Shown here: positions 56,060-64,000 of the stretch, one piece after another
Layout of the letters: every line of letters starts with the position of its first letter
Numbering within the stretch: the first letter of the stretch is position 1
Assembly: GCF_009914755.1 (NCBI RefSeq)
Contig: NC_060928.1
Reading direction: 5' to 3' (one strand)
DNA from: the human T2T-CHM13v2.0 reference genome, Homo sapiens
DNA: 64,000 nucleotides
Notes under the pieces: generated by a model
Seen by the model: the letters and a program-made list of their open reading frames with translations, nothing else
What the model was told of the DNA's origin: nothing
Databases searched by the model: none
Program-made: the position numbers and the translations under genes

Positions 56060-56798
56060 ATGTATTGTCTAGCAGGTTGAATGGCAGCCCACAAAAAGAT
56101 ATGTCAAATCCTAATTTCAAGAACATGTGAATGTGACTTTTTCTGGAAAAAAAAAGAAAAGATATTTTTAGATGGAATGAAAAGATAATACGAAAAAAAT
56201 TTTTTTTCCAAAAAATATTTATCTGAGATGAGATCATCCTAGATTTTCTAGATGAGGTATAAATCCAATGAAAAGAGTCTTTGTAAGTAGCCAGGCACAG
56301 AGGGTCAACTATCACATGTTCTCACTCATAAGTAGGTGCTAAAAAATGTATACATATGGATATAGAGAGTGCAATAATAGACAATGGAGACTCAGAAGGG
56401 TGAATGGGTGGGAGGGAGGTGGATGATGAGAAATTAGTTAATGGGTATAATGTACTTCATCTGGGCAATGGATTCCCTAAAAGCCCTGACTTGACCACTA
56501 CACATTCTACGCATGTAACAAAATTGCACATGCACTCCATAAATTTATACATTTTTTTAAAAAAAGAGTCCTTGCAAGAGACATTCAGGGAAGGCAGAGA
56601 TTGCATAAGCCACCACAAGCCAAGGAATGCTGGCAGCCACCAGAGGCAAAGAACGTAATCTCCCCTAGAGCTTCTGGAGGAAGCACAGCCCTGCCGACAG
56701 CTTGATTTCAGACTTCTGGCCTCCAAAACTGTGAGATAATAATTTCCAGCCACCAAGTTTGTGATCATTTGTTCCAGCAGCCACAGGAAACTAAGACA
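56060..56798 (+). mobile_element. MLT1C/D-like MaLR LTR interrupted by a short L1
   Basis: ggttgaatggcagccc...atgtgaatgtgac; ccacaagccaaggaatgctggcagccacc...gcagccacaggaaactaagaca. Confidence 0.82.
56288..56561 (+). mobile_element. 5'-truncated L1 (L1PB/L1MA 3' end)
   Basis: cacatgttctcactcataagtagg...catgtaacaaaattgcacatg; ~17-bp TSD aaaagagtctttgtaag/aaaagagtccttgcaag. Confidence 0.88.
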
Positions 56799-56815
56799 CC
56801 TTGTTTCCTCATTCA

Positions 56816-57118
<303 letters not shown>

Positions 57119-57578
57119 TATATATATATGAATAATAATAGTACCTACTTCTAGAGTTGTTGTGATGGTTAAATAAAATTATCATGGAAAGCAAGTAGCA
57201 TAGGGCCTACCGCTGCAAACTCTCAATAAAACCCTGATTAGCATTACAAATGGAGGAGTGAGGCAACACAATGCCGAAGCTTATAAGAACCAGAGGTCCA
57301 GGAAAATCATTGTTTTTGCCTGAGACATCTCCCGGTTGATTTTTTTTTTTTTAAGGTTAAAAACTACAGTCATTTTCTTGCTTACTGAAGTCCATGGGGT
57401 ATAGGCAAAATATCACATTCTGCATTCCAAAAAATAAGTATCAAGCTCCCATGTGTTTGTGCAATGGGAGATGGGGAGAAAACTATATATGTAACAAACA
57501 TATGAAAATGTTCTTAGGCCACCAGATATAGAAAGCAAAAATACTTTGTGTGCCAACTGTTGTGTCTGTATATGCGTA

Positions 57579-57942
57579 TGTATTCGTCCGTTCTCAGATT
57601 GCTAATACAGACATACTAGACTGGGTAATTTATAAGGAAAGAGCTTTAATGGACTTACAGTTCCACATGACTGGAGAGGCCTCAGAAAACTTACAATCAT
57701 GGCTGAAAGCAGCTCTTCACAGGGCAGCAGGAGAGAGAATAAGTGCTGAGCAAAGAAGGAAGCCCCTTATAAAACCATCAGATCTCAGGAGAACTCACTC
57801 ACTATAACAAGAACAGCCTGGGGGAAACCGCCCCCATGATTCCATTATCTCCACCTGGTCCTGCCCTTGACATGTGGGGATTATTACAATCAATTCAAGG
57901 TGATATTTTGGGGGGCGGGGAGCACAGAGCCAAACCATAGCA
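57579..57942 (-). mobile_element. THE1-family MaLR solo LTR
   Basis: tgtattcgtccgttctc...ggcctcagaaaacttacaatcatggc...acagagccaaaccatagca; TSD gcgta/gtgta. Confidence 0.88.
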
Positions 57943-58001
57943 GTGTACATTTCTTCTGGAGAGTTCATAACTTTCATCAGATTCTCAAAAAGAGTCTGTG
58001 T

Positions 58002-58220
58002 GGAAACAATAGACACTGGGGACTCCGAAAGGAGGGAGGGGGCGAGGACGGCAAAGCCTGGGAAACTTCCTACTGGGAACTGTGTTCACTGTCTGGGTGA
58101 CAGGATCAGTAGAAGCCCAAACCTCAGTATCATGCAGTATCCTCTTATAAGAAACCTGCACATGCACCCACTGAATCTAAAATTAAAATTGAAATTAATA
58201 AAAATAATAAATTAATAAAA
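58002..58220 (+). mobile_element. Short L1PB-like 3' end
   Basis: aatagacactggggactcc...agcccaaacctcag...aacctgcacatgcacccactgaatctaaaa + A-rich tail. Confidence 0.82.
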
Positions 58221-58868
58221 TTCTTTCAAAAACACTGCCATGTAAAGGAAGTTATAATTGCTCTAGGAAATTAACATTTCTAATTACTATAATAATGAAC
58301 ATTTTTTATGCAACAGTGGATACTAATGGGAATTTATGCTATTAGAAGATTATGCTGTGTTAACCCTAACAAAAAAGAACCTGTACCCCCCAAAAATGTT
58401 AATCACTTACATAAAATAATACTGATGGCCTTGAATAAAGTGCTTAAGGCCAGGCTCTAAAAAATAAACCAGGCAAGTATTACATTCAGCCAGGGGGCTA
58501 CCTGTGGCTCAAAACATCATTGCTGGAGCCTTGCCCATGACCCAATTCCAGCAATATGAGATGAGTCTGGATTCGAGGAAGAGATTTGAGAGAGAAATGA
58601 ACAGCAAGTGCCTTCGACAATATAGCAATCTCCCAGTTGTGTAGTAACAGAAAGTGCATTTAAACATGACCTGCAAAAAGTTCTAGCAATAAATTCCTTT
58701 TAAATTGTTTGGTGAGGCCTCTTTGTGGAACTCTAAGATTAATTGCAATAATAATAATAAATTGTTGTCATTGTGACCCCTCACATTCATAATCAGACAA
58801 ACTAGATAGAAAATATTTAACATTTTTTCTTTATTTAAAAGGCAATTATTGAGTAAGTACTACATCTT

Positions 58869-59615
58869 GGTAACCACCTGACAGGTTCATCTTGCCTATT
58901 GCCTAAACAGCTGATTTATCAAGACAGGGAATTGCAATAAAGAGTTTAATACATGTAGAGTCAGCTAAATGGGATGCTGAAGTTTTCTTACTACTCAAAC
59001 CAGCCTCCCTGAAAATTCGAAGACTAGGTTTTTTTTTAAAGATATTTTGGTAGTCAGACAGCTAGGAAATGAGGAATGCTGAATGGTAGGGTGGGAATGA
59101 AATAATAGGAAGTCAAAGCTGTCCTTTTATGCTGAGTCAGTTCCTAGGTGGGAACCACAAGACCAGATGAGCCAGTTTACTGGTCTAGGTGGCACCACCT
59201 GATCTTCAGAATTCAGGATCTGAAAAATACCTCAAACATCAATCTTAGGTTTTACAGTAGTGGTTATCTATAGGAGCAATTGGGAGTTTGAATTCTTGTG
59301 GCCTCTGGCTGCGTGACTCCTAAGCCATCATTTCTAATCTTGTGGCTAATTTGTTGGTTTTACAAAGACAGTCTGGTCCCTAATCAAGAGGAGAGGGGAG
59401 GTTGTTTGGAGAATGGGCTTTTTACATTCTTCTTTTCAAAATTAAATTATAAACTCAATTACTCCCAAAGTTAGTTCAGGCTACCCCCAGCAATGGACAA
59501 AGGCAGCTTGGAGGTTAGAAGCAAGATCAGCTGATTAGGCCAGATTTCTTTCACTGTCATAATTTTCCCATGTCAAATTTTTCTCACTGTCATAATCTTT
59601 GCAAAGGCAGTTTTA
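58869..59615 (-). mobile_element. LTR8-family LTR, 3' LTR of a MER4-group provirus
   Basis: gatttatcaagacagggaattgcaataaagagtttaat...tcataatctttgcaaaggcagtttta; PPT (minus AAGAGGGGAGAT) adjacent at 59616-59627. Confidence 0.8.
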
Positions 59616-60555
59616 ATCTCCCCTCTTGGGTTTCATCACACATTATTCTTAAAGGTAAGAGGAGTGAAACTACTCTGCAGCTGTCTGCATGTATTCACAG
59701 GTGCCTGGGTGGGGTTTCAAGACTTGCATGACAATGATGTTAGTACTCTCATCCACAGTTTTAGCACAGCACTTCAGTGAGCAGCAGACTAGAAGATAAT
59801 GAGTCTTAATGTCAGGAGTGAAAGTCCGAGCTTCAGTCTTCTTTGTAGAATTGATTTGAAACCCTGGGGGATTCAGGCAAATAGCTCTGAGAACCAATCA
59901 GACATAGGGTCACTAGTAGAGAGAGATTTGGGTCAGGTTGTTAGAAAGACAAATTGGGACACACACAAAAGAGAAAATTTAAATATATCATCTCATATAT
60001 TTTTAGTCAGCTTTTTAGACCTGAGAATAGATCAGTTGAGTTAAACAGTAGTGTCCCATTCTAGGAGGTGGCATTGCAGATGGGCTATGCTCCTATAAGT
60101 GATGAAGGTAAACAGATTTTTAATAAGAGATATTTCTATGGAAACAGAAGAAAAAGGTTAATGTTAGGCACAATCTATCCAGATGTCCAATTCAAAACAC
60201 TTTTAGTTACAGAGGAGGAAGGCTGTGGTAATTTGACACATTTTTCTTGACTGTATCCCAAGGAATAAGCTTTAGCTTGTAGGGCCTCAGGGAAAAAAGA
60301 AGGTAGTAGTCCAAATCCGAAATATGGAAGAAAAATTTGTAAGCATTAATTTGGGGACTTGCAGGCCAGAAAGAATTTCAGTCAGTCCAAACTGTAGAAC
60401 ATATTTTTTTAATTAAAAACAATGAACAAGACCAAAATCTAACAACAATTATACTATAGTTTTTAGAAACATAATTTTTCTCTCTCCAGTCTCCGAATTT
60501 TATTAAAGACAAATCATGGTAGGACTGATTTACTTGCAAAATAAGCTTTAGTTCA

Positions 60556-60932
60556 TGTATTAGTCCATTCTCACACTGCTAATAAAGACACATCCAAGAC
60601 TGAATAATTTATAAAGGAAAAAGGTTTAATAGACTCACAGTTCAGCATGGCGGGGAGGCCTCAGGAAACCTATAATCATGGTGGAAGGGAAAGCAAACAC
60701 ATCCTTATTCACATGGTGGCAGCAAGGAGAAGGTGGCAGCTAAGCAAAAGGGGGAAAAGCCTCTTATAGAACCATCAGATCACATGAGAACTCACTATCA
60801 TGAGAAGACTGTGAGGGTAACCACCCCCATGATTCAATTACCTACCACTGGGTCCCTCCCATGACACATGAGGATTATGGGAACTACAATTCAAGATGAA
60901 GTTTTGGGTGAGGGTACAGCCAAACCATATCA
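60556..60932 (-). mobile_element. THE1C/D-like solo LTR
   Basis: tgtattagtccattctcacactgctaataaagac...cagccaaaccatatca; TSD gttca/gtcca. Confidence 0.9.
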
Positions 60933-60996
60933 GTCCAATTATACTTGGCCCAATTATTTGCATAAAGTACAGCAAGAATAATTATTTGTTATATGG

Positions 60997-63272
60997 TGAT
61001 ATGATTTGGATTTGTGTCCCCACCCTAATCTCATGTTGAATTATAATACCCAGTGTTGGAGAAGAGGTCTGGTGGGAAGTGACTGGATCATGGGGGCAGA
61101 CTCTCCACTTGCTATTCTCATGATAGTGAATGAGTTCTTATGAGATCTGGTTGTTTAAAAGTTGTAGCACCTCTCCCTTCTCTCTCTCTTTCTCCTTCTC
61201 TGGCCATGTAAGATGTGCCTGCTTCCCCTTCACCTTCAACCATGATTAAAAGTTTCCTGAGGCCTCTCCAGCCTACTACAATTCCTACAATACTACAGGA
61301 ATTATAGTTCCTGTTACAGCTTGCAGAACCGTGAGCCAATTAAACCTCTTTTCTAATAAATTACCCAGTTTCAGGTATTTATTTAAAGCAGTGAAAGAAT
61401 GGACTAATACAGAAAATTAATACTGGGAGTGGGGCATTGCTATAAAGATACCTGAAAATGTGGAAGCAGCTTTGGAACTGGATAGTGGGCAGAAGTTGGA
61501 ACAATTTGGAGGGCTCAGAAGAAGACAGGAAGATATGGGAAAGTTTGAATCTTCCTAGAGACTTATTAAATTGTTGCAACCAAAATGCCAATAGTAATAT
61601 GGACAATGAAGTCCAGGCTGAGGTGGTCTCAGATGGAGATGAGGAACTTATTGGGAACTGGACTAAAGGTCACTCTTGCTGTCCTTTAGCAAAGAGACTG
61701 GTAGCATTGTGCCCCTGCTCTAGGGATCTGTGGAACTTTGAACTTGAGAGAGAGGATTTAGGGTATCTGGCAAAAGAAATATCTAAGCAGCAAAGCATTC
61801 AAGGTCTGCCCTGGCTGCTTCTAACAGCATATGGTCATATGCATGAGAAAAGAGATTATCTCAAATTGAAACTTTTCAAAGGGGAAGCAGAGCATAAAAG
61901 TTTAGGGAATTTGCAGCCTGACCATGTGGTAGAAAAGAAAGATTCATTTTCATGGGAGGAATATGCCTAAATAAAGAGGAGCCAAATATTAATAGCCAAA
62001 ACAATGGAGAAAATGCCTTGAAGATGTTTCAGAGACCTTCATGGCAGCCTCTCCCATCACAGGCCTGGAGGCCTAGGAGGGAGGTATGGTTTCATGGGCC
62101 AGGCCCAGGACCCTGCTGCCTTGTGCAATCTTGAGACACTGCTCCCTGCATCCTATCTTCTCCAGCTCCTGCTATAGCTAAAAGGGCCCCAGATAGGTCT
62201 CAGGCCACTGCTCCAGAGGGTGCAAGCCCTAAGCCTTGGCAGCTTCCACATGGTGTTAAGTCTGCAGGTGCACAGAAGCCAAGAGTTCAGGCTTGGGAGC
62301 CTCCATCTAGATCTCAGAGAATGTATGGAAATGCCTGGATGTCCAGGCAGAAGTCTGCTGCAGGGGCCTGCAGGGGCAAGCCCTCATGGAGAACCTCTGC
62401 TAGGACAGTGCAGAGGGGAAATGTGGTGGCAGGGCCCTCATACAGGGTCCTCAAACTGGAGCACTGCCTGGTGGAGCTATGAGAAGAGGGCCACTGTCCT
62501 CTAGACATCAAAATGGTAGATCCACTGGCAGCTTGCACTGTGCACATGGAAAAGCTGCAGGCACTCAATTCCAACCTATGAAATCAACCAAGGAGGCTAT
62601 ATCTTGCAGAGCCACAAGAGTGGAGCTGCCAAAACTTGGCTGATTTCTCCCTTTGGGAATAGGTGTACTTATGAAATGCCTGTACCCTCATTGTATCTTG
62701 GACATAACTAACTTGTTTTTTATTTTACATAGGCAGAAGGGACTTTCCTCATCTCAAATGAGACTTTTGACTATGAACTTTTGAGTTAATGCTGAAATGA
62801 ATTAACATTTCGGGGGACTGTTGAAAAGAGGTGATTATATTTTGCAATGTGAGAAGGACATGAGATATGGGAGGAGCCAGGGGAAGAATGATATGGTTTG
62901 GATTTGTGTCCCCACCCAAATCTCATGTCAAATTGTAATCCCTAGTGTTGGAGTAGGGGCCTGGTACAAGGTGATTGGATCATGTGGGCAGACTTCTCCC
63001 TTGCTGTTCTCATGATAATGAGTGAGTTATCATGAGATCTGGTTGCTTAAAAGTGTGCAGCACCTCCCCCTTCTCTCTCTGTTCTGCCTTCTTTGTCCAT
63101 GTGAGACGTGTCTGCTTCTCCTTCACTTTCTGCCATGACTGAAAGTTTCCAGAGGCCTTCCAGCCATACTTCCTGTACAGCCTGTGAAACAATGAGCCAA
63201 TTAAACCTCTTTTCTTATAAATTATCCAGTTTCAGGTATTTCTTTATAGCAGTGCAAGAATGGACTAATCCA
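60997..63272 (+). mobile_element. Complete MST-family MaLR provirus: LTR 60997-61411, internal 61412-62888, LTR 62889-63272
   Basis: Two direct LTRs (tgatatg.tttggatttgtgtcccc...ggactaat.ca), TSD tatgg/tatag, internal MaLR ORF remnant 61458-61970 (LEGSEEDRKIWESL.LPRDLLN). Confidence 0.92.
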
Positions 63273-64000
63273 TATAGACTTTTTAAAAATTGGCTTTTCT
63301 GGAGGTTTCTCCATAAGGAATCTCAGATTAGACTTTTTAAAGCCTTGAGCCCAGCCGCAAATTTATCTGTGCCTTCAGATGCTTATATGATTGGATGAAT
63401 TTCTCTCCTCTTGAGCCTGGGCCCGTCAAAAATTATTTACCACAGGTCAGGAACTCTGTACAGGGACTGTGTAAATAAGGTATAAGTCCAGTTCTCCCAA
63501 GGGGCTTTTATTGGCTCTATAAGTCAACTTTGATTCCTTCAAGCAGTCTGTTTATATCTGAAAGCATGTCATTCCAATTTAAGCCTTGATAAAGTAGCCA
63601 GTGTCTCCAATTGTGTCCTGTTATAAAAGAAAGCAGATCCTTATTGCACCTATGCAAATAACTATATTGCCATAAGTTAAGAAAACTCACGGGTAGTTTC
63701 CAAATTCTGATAAATTAGGTAGAGAAAGAAATATTTTTTTAATTTTTGTTCATAGGAGTGTACTTTCTTCAATTGTTAAAAGCTATAAATAGCTCAAAAG
63801 AAAAAGTTTTCTATACTCTGAAAAACAGAACAAAAAAGATCAGCAGTATGTCAAGCAGTAAGTCATAAAAAGGTTATTTGGGTCTTCTGTTAGTTCAGTT
63901 CATGCAATTAACCTTTGTTCTTCCTGTTGTTGAGCCAGCAGTGCTCCTGAACAGATCAGCTGTCTACAAGAGTCCTGAAAGTTTTTTTTTTTTAATTTCA

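Larger units (their letters stand above)
59616..64000 (-). mobile_element. MER4-group ERV1 internal sequence running off the window, interrupted by THE1 and MST
   Basis: Follows LTR8 PPT; typical AT-rich internal motifs (tattgcacctatgcaaataactatattgccataagttaag; ggctctataagtcaactttg); host sequence rejoins across both inserts. Confidence 0.72.

Overview
Eukaryotic, repeat-rich primate DNA (human or a close hominoid, judged by Alu, L1PA and HERV-H content). The window lies inside the polypeptide N-acetylgalactosaminyltransferase-like gene GALNTL6 (+ strand). It holds two coding exons, 4575-4682 (108 nt) and 25454-25675 (222 nt), both phase 0 with canonical AG/GT sites; the rest is intron. The largest feature is an antisense HERV-H provirus (29075-35729; two LTR7s, tRNA-His PBS, PPT, TTTAC target-site duplication, decayed gag/pro/pol, G-rich leader tandem array). 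Also present: about 16 Alus, L1/L2/MIR fragments, MaLR LTRs, solo MER11 and MER52 LTRs, a complete MST MaLR provirus and a THE1 LTR nested in an LTR8/MER4-group provirus, and Tigger-type DNA transposons. Nearly all ORFs in the supplied track are spurious or repeat-derived. I see no new protein-coding system. The best leads are regulatory: (i) the HERV-H 3' LTR has lost its polyA signal but keeps TATA and the GC/GT box while pointing antisense at the GALNTL6 exon; (ii) inverted Alus bracket two stop-free, frame-symmetric exons (circRNA potential); (iii) a young-looking VNTR in the HERV-H leader. Repeat subfamily names are from recalled consensus sequences, not database searches, and boundaries without a TSD are approximate.
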